From the NCBI GenBank assembly GCA_965603515.1, contig CBFDDH010000007.1:1231-65230 (forward strand): DNA of 64,000 bases, in the 5' to 3' direction. The notes beneath the pieces were generated by a model. It was not told the origin of the DNA. It ran no database searches and saw only the letters and a program-made list of their open reading frames with translations. Positions 38,277 to 48,274 of this stretch are shown here, in pieces. The translations under genes and the position numbers were made by a program. The DNA comes from an uncultured bacterium. GTDB taxonomy: Bacteria > Hydrothermota > Tepidihabitantia > SM23-42. Within the stretch, counting starts at the first letter, position 1. Each line of letters begins with the position of its first letter.

Positions 38277-38308
38277 AGTGGGGGTGAATTATCACCCCCA
38301 CTTTTTTT
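38277..38308 (+). terminator. Intrinsic terminator
   Basis: AGTGGGGGTGA-ATTA-TCACCCCCACT followed by a T run. Confidence 0.85.
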
Positions 38309-38384
38309 GTACCACTTGCTCATTAAAAATAATAAACAGCTTCTATTCGTAAAAAAGGATACTAACGATTCTTCTCCTTTGTGA

Positions 38385-38801
38385 CTACTCACCGATTATC
38401 TTTACTAAAACCCGTTTGTCCCTCTTACCGTCAAATTCACCATAAAAGATCTGCTCCCAGGGGCCAAAGTCTAATTTGCCATCAGTCACCGCGACGACCA
38501 CTTCTCTCCCCATTAACTGTCTTTTTATATGGGCATCCGCATTGGTTTCACCGGTGAGGTTATGTGCATAGAGTTCTGGATTGTGCGGGATATTCTCTTC
38601 CAGCCATTTTTTATAATCTGCATGCAGTCCATTTTCATCGTCATTAATGAAAACGCTCGCCGTTATGTGCATTGCATTTACCAGACAAAAACCCTCTTTT
38701 ATCCCACTTTCTTTTAATGTTTTCTCAACCTTCGGAGTAATGTTTATAAACTCCATCCGGTTTTTTGTATGAAACCAAAGTTCTTTTTTAACACTCTTCA
38801 T
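38385..38801 (-). CDS. yjbQ: YjbQ/UPF0047 family protein
   Basis: [30 protein letters not shown]. Confidence 0.9.
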   Translation of the reverse strand: MKSVKKELWFHTKNRMEFINITPKVEKTLKESGIKEGFCLVNAMHITASVFINDDENGLHADYKKWLEENIPHNPELYAHNLTGETNADAHIKRQLMGREVVVAVTDGKLDFGPWEQIFYGEFDGKRDKRVLVKIIGE

Positions 38802-38825
38802 GTCTTGATCTCCTGCAACTAGATT

Positions 38826-39200
38826 CTATCTTCTCAAAAAAATATTACAGAACTGGATGATAAACCAAATAGCGACTGGTATGCCTAACATTAGAAACCA
38901 GAACAACCAGAGTTTCCTTCTGCGCCGGGGGTCTTTACTCTTAGTCCACTTGACATTTAACAACTCCTTATCTATTGGAAGGCTATCTACGATTATTTTT
39001 ACCTCATCAAGTTTTTCTTCCGGGGCGAAAACCACATACTCAACGCCTGGCCCGGCAACTGGAGTCACTGGAGAAAGCAGTATTCCGGTGATTGAACCCT
39101 GCTGCAAGTAGCAGGGTACATTATTCTTACGCAGCGTTTCGATCACCATCTCAGCAACATACGGCTGCTGATGTCTAAAAACCTCAATGAATTTACTCAT
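38826..39200 (-). CDS. Hypothetical membrane protein (DUF2007-like N-terminus, C-terminal TM)
   Basis: AEMVIETLRKNNVPC pattern plus one hydrophobic C-terminal helix. Confidence 0.55.
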   Translation of the reverse strand: MSKFIEVFRHQQPYVAEMVIETLRKNNVPCYLQQGSITGILLSPVTPVAGPGVEYVVFAPEEKLDEVKIIVDSLPIDKELLNVKWTKSKDPRRRRKLWLFWFLMLGIPVAIWFIIQFCNIFLRR

Positions 39201-39235
39201 ATCTTTTGAGCACTCTCCGGGATACCGTCACTCCT

Positions 39236-39916
39236 TCACTTGCTATTTTTTCTCTTGAACGACCAATAATTTCCAAAAAGATAACCGCACGTAAGAAAAA
39301 ACAAGTATAGCAAAAGTATGAGCGGCATCGATGGCATACGCATATATAATTCACTATCAGTGATACTATTGAGCAATGCGATGTATAAACAAAAAGGACC
39401 GATAAGCGCAAACAGAAACGCGAAAAAATTCTTGATATTGGTTAAACGAATGACTGATTTACTAGAATCTTTCTTACCAAAATTCCGCCAAAAAGAAAAG
39501 AATCCCTGTGCTCGGTCAGGCAATAAAGTCTCTCGCTGAATAAGATAATAGGCGAAAAATTCAAAACTTATAATTGCCAGCAGCACCTTACCTGTAAACC
39601 CGTACCACCGTGCCAAAGAAAGTCCCATCTTTTCAACAACAACACACCAGATAGGATTTGCTTCAAATGAGAGATCTGGGCATACTTTCAAAGTGCCAAA
39701 AAAATCAATAAGATGTGCCGCAAGTGATACACTGCCAACAATGAGCGAAGCCTGCCATTTACCGCGCAAAGAGTGTTTGCGAAGTACAAATATCATGGCG
39801 ATCGCCGCTAAGAACACCATAAACCATGCCAGTACAATCATAGGTAATCCAAATTGCGCAAAAAATTTCAGTACTTTCTCAAGGAAATCATAGGTCAAAT
39901 TATTTAAATCAACCAT
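39236..39916 (-). CDS. Hypothetical multi-pass membrane protein
   Basis: About five hydrophobic segments; EANP motif. Confidence 0.6.
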   Translation of the reverse strand: MVDLNNLTYDFLEKVLKFFAQFGLPMIVLAWFMVFLAAIAMIFVLRKHSLRGKWQASLIVGSVSLAAHLIDFFGTLKVCPDLSFEANPIWCVVVEKMGLSLARWYGFTGKVLLAIISFEFFAYYLIQRETLLPDRAQGFFSFWRNFGKKDSSKSVIRLTNIKNFFAFLFALIGPFCLYIALLNSITDSELYMRMPSMPLILLLYLFFLTCGYLFGNYWSFKRKNSK

Positions 39917-40089
39917 CTGATTATTATTATCCAGATTCTATTATCAAAGTCAATCCCAATTTTACATGTATTTGTTTATTAATACATTCGTAAAATCGAG
40001 GACCCCGTATCTTAATGACAAGAAGATAATCTCCCGCATATAGCATATCTCTACGTTGACTATTCTTTTTCTTTCACTATGATTAACAT

Positions 40090-41187
40090 ATGAAAAAACA
40101 CAAAGAAACCATTCCATGTATTTTTGCACTCATTGTTTTTTTACTACCATTGTTTGCTTTTGCCCGACAGATCCAGCTCTCTGAAAACTTTTATAAGAAG
40201 TTTCAGGGATTTATCCGGACACCTAAAACCGAATTGCCTGTAACACTAGACATATATGCATTAGGGGACTCGATATGTGAGGGAACTTACTATTATCATA
40301 AAATAAAAAAACCGATCTACATATCAGGCAAAGTTGATACCTGGGGTAACCTTCAATTAACCGAATATATAAATGGTAAGGCAACTGGGATTTTTTCGGG
40401 GAAATTCAATGACCAATGGAATATCTCCGGCATCTGGATGACCCCGGATTCAAATACTCAATACGAATTCGAACTAAGAGAAAACTACCCTCCAGGCAGC
40501 GCTCATTTTGAGGTCTTTAACATACATGAGCAGATAGGTGATTGCGAAATAGAAAACTGCTTTACGATCAACATCACTTTTCCATCGATAGTGGATTATC
40601 CAGATGAATCTGTTCAGGATATGATAAATCACGGGATTGGCGCGGACTGGGCAAAACAGCAAAAGATCGTCCAGGAGGAAATCGACTTTTTCAATGAGGA
40701 ATCCGAAATGTATAATGACATCGGTTATACAATGAATTGGTATGAGTATTATGAAGAGAAAATCATCTTGAATTTAAATTATATTCTTTCTTTTGAGCGA
40801 TGCTTAGGCAGCTATACAGGCGGCGCTCACGGCAGCCATATCTATGATTTGATAAACTTCGATCTACACACTGGCGATACAATTTTCCTGGATGACATCC
40901 TCATCGGTGACTATGAAGCCGATCTTAACGATATCGCTGATATTATCTTCAGGAAAGATAATGATATCGCTGCTGATGAAAATCTGTCAGAGATCGGTTA
41001 TTGGGGTCTTGATGACGGGTTTCATGTCAATAATAACTTCCTGCTAACTATGAATGGTCTGCGCTTTGTCTTTAATGAATACGAGATTGCACCGTATGCT
41101 GCAGGTGCGATCGAACTTTTCATCCCCTATAAGAAGATCAAGAATCTGATAAGATCGGGAAGCTTGGTCGAATCACTGGTTCAATAA
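40090..41187 (+). CDS. Secreted DUF4163/DUF3298 (RsiV-like) protein
   Basis: YTGGAHG, NFDLHTG..LDDIL, FVFNEYEIAPYAAG. Confidence 0.85.
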   Translation: MKKHKETIPCIFALIVFLLPLFAFARQIQLSENFYKKFQGFIRTPKTELPVTLDIYALGDSICEGTYYYHKIKKPIYISGKVDTWGNLQLTEYINGKATGIFSGKFNDQWNISGIWMTPDSNTQYEFELRENYPPGSAHFEVFNIHEQIGDCEIENCFTINITFPSIVDYPDESVQDMINHGIGADWAKQQKIVQEEIDFFNEESEMYNDIGYTMNWYEYYEEKIILNLNYILSFERCLGSYTGGAHGSHIYDLINFDLHTGDTIFLDDILIGDYEADLNDIADIIFRKDNDIAADENLSEIGYWGLDDGFHVNNNFLLTMNGLRFVFNEYEIAPYAAGAIELFIPYKKIKNLIRSGSLVESLVQ

Positions 41188-41267
41188 TCATTGAATCTGC
41201 TAATCCATAAATTTGCATGAAATAAGGGGAGCCATTATAGTTCCCCTTATAAGAAAAAGCGAGACCT

Positions 41268-42467
41268 TTACAGAATTATTAGTTTCTTTGTCATTGTTGT
41301 CGTATTTACTCTGAGTCTGACAAAATAAATACCTGAAGTAACGCGCCCCTTTTCCCAGACGTGTTCATGCATACCTACATCTTCAGATTGACTGACCACA
41401 ACATCAATCAGCCTGCCATCTGCAGAATAAATTTCTACACTAACCGGGGTGATTTCTGTCAGTGAATATCTTATGTGCACGATTTCTTTTGTCACATTAG
41501 GAGTAACCGCGAAGTTAGAGATTATAGTCTGCTCTGTTTCTTCCACACCCGGATTAAACGCGTTCTGGTAGTATCTAATATAGCCATCAAAATCACTCGT
41601 TAGGATATCGACCGCACCATCTCCATTGTAATCTATAAAGAAAGGTCTATTGGCTTGATTCCCACCAATGTAGGAACCGCCTGATACCTTTAATGTATCA
41701 CGAACATTGAATATTGGACTGGCATTTGTCCCGACATTCTTGTAGAAGTAAATGTATGTATATTGATCGCCCAAGATAAGATCTTTTAGCCCATCGCCAT
41801 CAAGATCGCAGATCCTCGGGGTAGCTCGATAATGATAGATCGGACTACCACCGCAGTTAATATAACTGAACGTAGTGAAGACAGGGTTCGCATTGGTGCC
41901 TTGGTTAAGATAAAGCCTAACTGTTCCCGTACCAGATTCTGATCCTATTATCAGATCTTTTTTACCATCTTCATTCCAGTCTACCACATCGGGATTAGCA
42001 TTGTTACCCACATCGATCTTTATACCATTTGCCCGCACTGTATCCAACAATGTTAAACCACGAGCTTCCTCTAGATACAACATGGTATAACCGTTTCTGT
42101 CACCGACAAGAATATCTCTTTGTCCATCTTCGTTCCAATCGCACACGGCGATCGCTGAGCCCTGACATCAGGACGCATAGACGGAAATGGGAGATCCGTC
42201 GGCCTGCAAATACTGAAATGAGATGTATGAAGGATCCTCATTTGTCCCGTAATTTTTATAGACACGGACATAGCCAGAAGAATACTGGCCTGTGACCAAA
42301 TCCTTTACATTATCACCATCCCAGTCATAGTAAAATGGAGAGCCGTACCAGGTTACATCGATTATACTCCCATTTGCCAATACATACTCGCCAGTTTCAA
42401 AAACCGGCGTCTGTGCGTGTACTGCAAAGAGAAAACCGATGATTAGTATTGCACATGCAAGTCTCAT
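41268..42467 (-). CDS. Secreted FG-GAP repeat protein with C-terminal sorting-type domain; one 399-aa ORF if TGA 42168-42170 is decoded (putative selenoprotein, motif AS-U-C)
   Basis: Two track ORFs in the same frame; sequence reads ISVYAS*CQGSAIAVCDWNEDG, placing the TGA inside an FG-GAP repeat; GGAGGAG RBS before ATG 42467. Confidence 0.8.
42136..42154 (-). promoter_or_regulatory. SECIS-like stem-loop
   Basis: CGATCGC-CGTGT-GCGATTG; loop 20 nt after TGA. Confidence 0.65.
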
Positions 42468-42676
42468 ATGTTCTCCTCCTTTCTCTACTATAATCATATA
42501 TAAATAGAGTAATTTGTCAAGAGACTTAAGTGCATATCGGCAAAAGCAAGCAGGACTTAACAATCCGGCGTCAAGAGATTGACAATGAATTTAATACATA
42601 AAGAAACCCCTTTGTGAACCTTGACTTTTTACTGAATATTACTATAATACACACTTAACATAAAAGGAGGTATTAT

Positions 42677-44278
42677 ATGTTACTATTGCTTATTATTTTT
42701 GCATTTCCCTCGACATTCGGTAGCAAAGGGATTCTTCGTGCAAAGAGCGGCGATGTAGAGTGGCTATCTGAGGCGCGCTCCATACTGACCATCAGTGTCG
42801 ATGGTGAAGGATACAGATACGATTATGATGATACTCTTTTCGATTATGGAAGTGGAAGGGTCATCATAGGTTACACACCGATCAAACGCTTTGAAGCATA
42901 TACACTGTGGCGTGGTCATGGGGATGGGACCGTGCGTCAACCCTTTGCTGACAGTGATTTCGAGGGTGACCTCGGTGACCTGGATATTGGGGCAAAGGTC
43001 GTGCTCAAGAAGTTCAGAAACTCATACCTGAGCAGTGACCTGGCTCTCACTATACCTATTGGTAGAGAGCAATATTCAAATGATGGCTTCATCATATATC
43101 CAAAAGCTATCTTGACTTTTGACTGCGGCGACTACTGGCGCTTATTTCCAATTCGCATACATCTCAACGCAGGTTTCCCTATTGGCAGAAACGATCTATC
43201 GGACAATTTCCCTGTTACCTTTGTAACTGCGTTTGAACTACCCTCAAAACTATTCACATACTTTATCGAGATAAGCAAAATGCACGAACGCGACTGGAAT
43301 TGGCGTTTTACGCCCGGCTTGAAGCTCCATCCATTCAACAGAATCTGTCTAACCATTGGTGCTGATCTAGGAGCTACTGAAGATTACTGGCTAGTAGGTG
43401 CTAGCGCAGGTCTAGCAGTGAGTTCAGTGCTTGTAAAAGAACGAGAAACACGGCCAACCGGTAATATCGCTGGAGAAATAAGAGATCGTACAACTGATGC
43501 ACCAGTAGCTGCTAATGTTATGCTCCTTGAGCTCGATGAAACCGCATTTGCGAGCGAGAATTTCGGTGTTTACAAGCTTATTGGTGTACCGAGAGGAGTG
43601 TATACGCTGCTGGTACAGGCACCAGGTTACGCTGCTGAAAGCAGAATGGTAATTGTGGAGCGGAATGAAACAAGTGTGCTCAATTTTGATCTAGTACGGG
43701 CTATGGTGACCTATCAGGGTATTGTTCTGAACGCAAGTACCGACCAACCAATAAACAATGCCGCGATATATCTGGAAGGTGAAGCAGGAACCACAGCACT
43801 CACTGATATTGATGGAACATTCGAGGAAGTCCTGAAACCAGGAGCCTATGAACTAAAAGTAAACAAAAAAGAATTTGCCCAATACATCAGCACATTCTCG
43901 ATATATGATGACCGCCAAGATACAATCTGGCTAAAACCTATTGCAGCGATTGATGAAACCCCAGAAGCCATCGTATACTTTAATATTGACGATGCAAACA
44001 TACGCGATGATCAGAAATCAACGCTCAATGATATCGCTGAATTTCTAAAGAGCCATCCAAGTGTGAGATGTGAACTTCGAGGTCATACAGATCCATCTGG
44101 CAATATCGACTATAATGAAATTCTTTCACTCGCACGTGCCAATAGTGTAAAAGACTACCTTGTCAAGGTCTACGGAATTGAAAAACAACGGATTTCAACC
44201 CTGGCATATTCCAGGACAAAGCTCGTTAGAGAAAATCCTGAAAAGAGTAGAAGAGTCGAAATATTCTTAATTAAATAG
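42677..44278 (+). CDS. OmpA-family protein: probable N-terminal beta-barrel, two carboxypeptidase-regulatory-like domains, C-terminal peptidoglycan-binding domain
   Basis: VYFNID..GHTDPSGNIDYNEILSLARA..V..YL..SRRVE. Confidence 0.85.
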   Translation: MLLLLIIFAFPSTFGSKGILRAKSGDVEWLSEARSILTISVDGEGYRYDYDDTLFDYGSGRVIIGYTPIKRFEAYTLWRGHGDGTVRQPFADSDFEGDLGDLDIGAKVVLKKFRNSYLSSDLALTIPIGREQYSNDGFIIYPKAILTFDCGDYWRLFPIRIHLNAGFPIGRNDLSDNFPVTFVTAFELPSKLFTYFIEISKMHERDWNWRFTPGLKLHPFNRICLTIGADLGATEDYWLVGASAGLAVSSVLVKERETRPTGNIAGEIRDRTTDAPVAANVMLLELDETAFASENFGVYKLIGVPRGVYTLLVQAPGYAAESRMVIVERNETSVLNFDLVRAMVTYQGIVLNASTDQPINNAAIYLEGEAGTTALTDIDGTFEEVLKPGAYELKVNKKEFAQYISTFSIYDDRQDTIWLKPIAAIDETPEAIVYFNIDDANIRDDQKSTLNDIAEFLKSHPSVRCELRGHTDPSGNIDYNEILSLARANSVKDYLVKVYGIEKQRISTLAYSRTKLVRENPEKSRRVEIFLIK

Positions 44279-44315
44279 AATATTTGTAACCTCGACAAAC
44301 GCAGTATAGAAAGCA

Positions 44316-44352
44316 ACAACCCCGTACCTTTCTTTGAAAGGTACGGGGTTGT
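44316..44352. terminator. Bidirectional intrinsic terminator
   Basis: 17-bp perfect stem ACAACCCCGTACCTTTC/GAAAGGTACGGGGTTGT between convergent genes. Confidence 0.85.
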
Positions 44353-44369
44353 GTTTAAAAAACAAAACT

Positions 44370-46631
44370 CTATTTTACGAGTATCAGTTTTTCCAGGTAG
44401 TCTGTATTTTCAGTTTTGAGTTTGCAGAAATAGATACCAGCCGAGACTCTATTATCTTTCCCATCAAAACCATCCCATGAGATTTTGTGCGTTCCAGCCT
44501 GTTTGATATCATTAATGAGATTCTTAACCAATCTGCCCTGAATATCATAGATAGACAGTTCGACTGCTGTTTGTCTGGTCAATTGAAAATTCAGTACTGT
44601 CTGCCCTTTTGCCGGATTGGGTTTTGCGAAGAAAACAAACCTACCGATAGATTCTTCTTTGCTTTCTTCAGCGCCAACCAGAAGTGACCAACGGTATGTA
44701 CTACTACCATTTGTACCGGCAAAAATGTAGTTATTAGGATTAACATCAAGGCAATTGATATTCATTACGTCAAGCCCATCGTTCATCGACTCCCACGAAC
44801 TGCCATTATTCGTACTGCGGTACACGCCGTTGCTATAGGTTCCAGCATATATCATCGTGGCATCTGTAGATGTATTATCAATAAGGATTGTATTGGTTCG
44901 GCCACCGCTGAATCCAGTAGTCGCCCATGTCGATCCACTGTCTGTTGATTTATACAGGTTGATCGATGTTCCCGTATACATAATATTTGTATTGTCAGGA
45001 TCAACTACCAGGGCATAGACATAACCAGACAGACCAGTAGTCGGTAATTTTGTCCAGTTACTTCCACTATCAGTCGTTCGGTATATCGCTGAACCGCTTT
45101 CATAACCACCTGCGTACACGATATTCGAATTGCCAGGATCCATAGCCATGGCGTATAAATATCCAGTGCTCGAGCCAATCGTGTACCGCGTCCAACTGTC
45201 TCCTGTATTGGTAGTCTTTGAGACTGACATCTTATACAATGAATCACCGGGGTCGTAATAGCGTCCACCACACCAGAATATCGAATTGTTGCTGTGGTCA
45301 CAAATAAAATCTCCACCATCCGCATAGTAAAGGTCTTTGACGTTCCAGACGGACCCGCCGTCTGTGCTCAAGTAGAGCTCTGAATTGCCTCAGCCCGAGC
45401 CCTCAAAACCAAAAACAAGATCCGGGTCAGTATTGTGTACGCCAAAAGCACACAGCGCGCCGCAGGTTGAAGGCGTCGGCAGCAGGTCCCAGGCAGAACC
45501 GTTATCAGTTGTCTTATAGACACCAACATTTTCAAACTCTGTATACAAGGTTGCTGGTGATGACGGAGCAAGACCGATATCATTTATTTCTCCAAGGTAC
45601 ATTCCGTTTATCGCAGCAGCCCATGTCGTACCCATGGTTGTGGACTTGTAACATCCCGCGTTATTACCAACATACACATTTGAAGTACTAACCGGGCTGA
45701 TCGCTAAGCCCCAAAAGTAGCTACCATCAAGCCCTGAACTAAAAGAAGTCCAGGTAAGCCCAGCATCGGTGCTCCGGTACACTGAAGAATATGCAGTTGA
45801 AAACACAAGATCCGGATCGAGTGATGAGGTTGCCATACGGTAATTATAGAAGTATGTGGAAACCTTCGTCCATGAACCTCCATTGTCAGTCGAACGATAG
45901 ATACCATCAGTGTAAGTACCTGCGTACACGATATTCGAGTTGGTCGGATGAACGGCCATTGAATAAGTATAGTAGCCTGACGTAGCTGCCCAGGTAACAT
46001 CAGTGAAGTTCGAACCGCCGTCAGTTGATTTGAAAACTCTGGGATAGTATGTCGTAGTGACATACTCAGACCCGCCCACGAATATGGTATTCGGTGATGA
46101 CGGATCTATTGCCACACACCAGCCATAGCAATAACTGCCATTACTGAGAACAGTGGTCGTGGTCCATGTCGAACCGCTGTCTGTGCTCTTTATGAATACC
46201 ATATCGTAAACACCAGAGGCAATATATTTCCGACCTGCGCCCACGATAATAGATGGGTCAGCCGGATGCACGGCAAGACCATAAACATAGACGCTTGTTA
46301 CAGTCCCAGATGTCCACGTCGCACCATTGTCAGTCGATTTCCAGACGCGACCATAGTAACCTGAGTATAGATTATCCGATGGGTCAATAGCCATACAATA
46401 GTTGTAACCATTATATGAACCGGTCCTTGTCCATGAGGCACCGGCGTCGATTGATCTAAAAATCTTGCAGGGATACGAATACGAAGCGGCATAGAGAATA
46501 TTCTCATTACTCGGTGAAACCACGACTGAACGGATATTCCCACCTGCAGGTCCAATCGCTTCCCAAGCTCCATATGAGAGGGCACATAAACAAATGAGTG
46601 TTACTACAACTAATACTTTTTGCATAAGCAT
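44370..46631 (-). CDS. Secreted BNR/Asp-box beta-propeller protein with FlgD-Ig/sorting-type C-terminus; one 753-aa ORF if TGA 45390-45392 is decoded (putative selenoprotein, motif SG-U-G)
   Basis: Two track ORFs in the same frame; reads FGFEGSG*GNSELYLSTDGGSVW, so the TGA is inside a blade; many S-T-D-x-G-x-x-W repeats. Confidence 0.8.
45346..45364 (-). promoter_or_regulatory. SECIS-like stem-loop
   Basis: Perfect 7-bp CAGACGG-CGGGT-CCGTCTG; loop 32 nt after TGA. Confidence 0.7.
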
Positions 46632-46820
46632 TCCTCCTCTTGATACTTAAGTATAGTAACAACAGATTATTTGTCAAGTATTAAATTAAGATATACATAT
46701 ATAAGAAAGATGGGATCAAATCCCTAGGGCGTAAACGCCCTACTCCCTATTCTCAATCAGCCTGTCGATATTTAACCCGAACTGCCCCATGTCGAGGATG
46801 TGTTACCCAAATCCCTTTTT

Positions 46821-46920
46821 GTCATTGCGAGCCCTGACCATTAATAATTGCAATGGTTGGGGTGTGGCAATCTCGTTATATTTCATGAGATTACTTCGTC
46901 GCTGCGCTCCTCGTAATGAC
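46821..46920. repeat. Palindromic miniature repeat, copy 3
   Basis: GTCATTGCGAG...GGCAATCTC...GAGATTACTTCG...CTCGTAATGAC. Confidence 0.8.
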
Positions 46921-46990
46921 ATTTTAGAATTCCACATACCTGAATTCGATTTGGGCAACGCGCACTCGAGATTTAACCCCAATTGCCCCC

Positions 46991-47039
46991 TTGACAATTT
47001 CCATTTTTCCAGTATTATGACTGACTAGTCAGTCATAAT
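46991..47039 (+). promoter_or_regulatory. Sigma70-type promoter overlapped by a probable TetR operator
   Basis: TTGACA at 46991, TATTAT at 47013; perfect 26-bp palindrome ATTATGACTGACTAGTCAGTCATAAT at 47014-47039. Confidence 0.85.
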
Positions 47040-47072
47040 TAACTTTTCCAGGAATAAGGAGTCAAAATACAT

Positions 47073-47663
47073 ATGCGAACAAAAGAACAACATACCCGGG
47101 AGAAAATCATAAACTGCGCCCTGAGGATATTCGCCAAAGAAGGTTTTTTCAAAACAACTGTCGATGATATCGCCCAGGCCGCAGGTCTTGCCAAGGGTAC
47201 TCTCTATCTATATTTTAAGGATAAGGCTTCCTTATATGTCAGTGTCATTGAAGAACATTTTAAAACAGGTATCGATTATTTACGTGGAGTTGAAAAAGAA
47301 TCAATAACATCCACAAGAAAACTAAAAAAAATAGCGGATGAGTGGATCGATACCATGATCCGTCTGAAAAGTTCTTTCTTTATGTTCTCCATGGAAAACA
47401 TAAATCTTTCCAGCAAGATCATGAAGGCGGTTAAACCGATAATGAATTTCCGCCTGAAAGAGATGATCGATATTATCGCAAAGATCATTGAACAAGGTAT
47501 CGCAAAAAAAGAATTCAGAAAAATTGAACCGCAGGTCGCAGCCTTGCATTATCTCAACACAATACGTACTGGATTCTTTGTTAATTTCATTGTACCAAAG
47601 AAACAAATAGACAAAAATGAAATACTTGAACTATTTTTTAATGGTTTGAAAAGAAGGAGGTGA
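47073..47663 (+). CDS. TetR/AcrR family transcriptional regulator
   Basis: IFAKEGF..TTVDDIAQAAGLAKGTLYLYFKDK HTH. Confidence 0.95.
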   Translation: MRTKEQHTREKIINCALRIFAKEGFFKTTVDDIAQAAGLAKGTLYLYFKDKASLYVSVIEEHFKTGIDYLRGVEKESITSTRKLKKIADEWIDTMIRLKSSFFMFSMENINLSSKIMKAVKPIMNFRLKEMIDIIAKIIEQGIAKKEFRKIEPQVAALHYLNTIRTGFFVNFIVPKKQIDKNEILELFFNGLKRRR

Positions 47664-47664
47664 T

Positions 47665-48255
47665 ATGAAGAAACTTTGCTTATTGAGTTTACCCCTATTT
47701 GTCGCGGCAGCTAATGGAAACAACGGAATCATGCTTTCCTTTAGTCCCCATTACTCTTATAATTACTTGTATCAAGATGATAAAGATCCAAGAGGTAAGT
47801 GGGGGTTTGGTGGCGAGCTGGAGATAAGGAATTTCATACCACATATAGGTTTGAAACTCAGAGGCAACATGGCAACCTATCCGGCAGTAGCCAGCACAGA
47901 TACTTATGAATATGGATTTATCCCGCTGACGCTATGCACGAGCTTCGACCTTCTCCCCTTTATTGAGCCCACCTGGTTCAGCCTTACGCTTGAAACAGGT
48001 TTTGGACTTTATCTATGGCGTGCTCAAGACAACGGTTCAGTCGTTGTCCTGCCTGATAATACAGAAATGTCAGAAAGGGACGTCGGTTTTGTCGGCGGTT
48101 TATCTCTGCAGGTCAGGCCTTACAAATTGATCGCCTTAGAAATAGCAAGCCGCTTTAATTATATTGCGAGCTCAGACCTTGAGAAATACGGATATTCTGA
48201 CAAAGATGAAAAACTATGGGAAAACGGGGTTGGATTGAAAATAATCATGCCTTGA
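47665..48255 (+). CDS. Outer-membrane beta-barrel protein (8-strand type probable)
   Basis: Signal peptide, alternating aromatic beta strands, terminal GVGLKIIMP. Confidence 0.65.
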   Translation: MKKLCLLSLPLFVAAANGNNGIMLSFSPHYSYNYLYQDDKDPRGKWGFGGELEIRNFIPHIGLKLRGNMATYPAVASTDTYEYGFIPLTLCTSFDLLPFIEPTWFSLTLETGFGLYLWRAQDNGSVVVLPDNTEMSERDVGFVGGLSLQVRPYKLIALEIASRFNYIASSDLEKYGYSDKDEKLWENGVGLKIIMP

Positions 48256-48274
48256 TAAATGTATTGGAGGTAAA

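Noticed and set aside
337-47663. Genome-wide UGA reassignment (code 4 or 25) as the cause of the in-frame TGAs
   Set aside because: TGA is the normal stop of recR, glyQ (ATGA overlap with glyS), the TetR gene and others at expected C-termini, and Trp is encoded by TGG.
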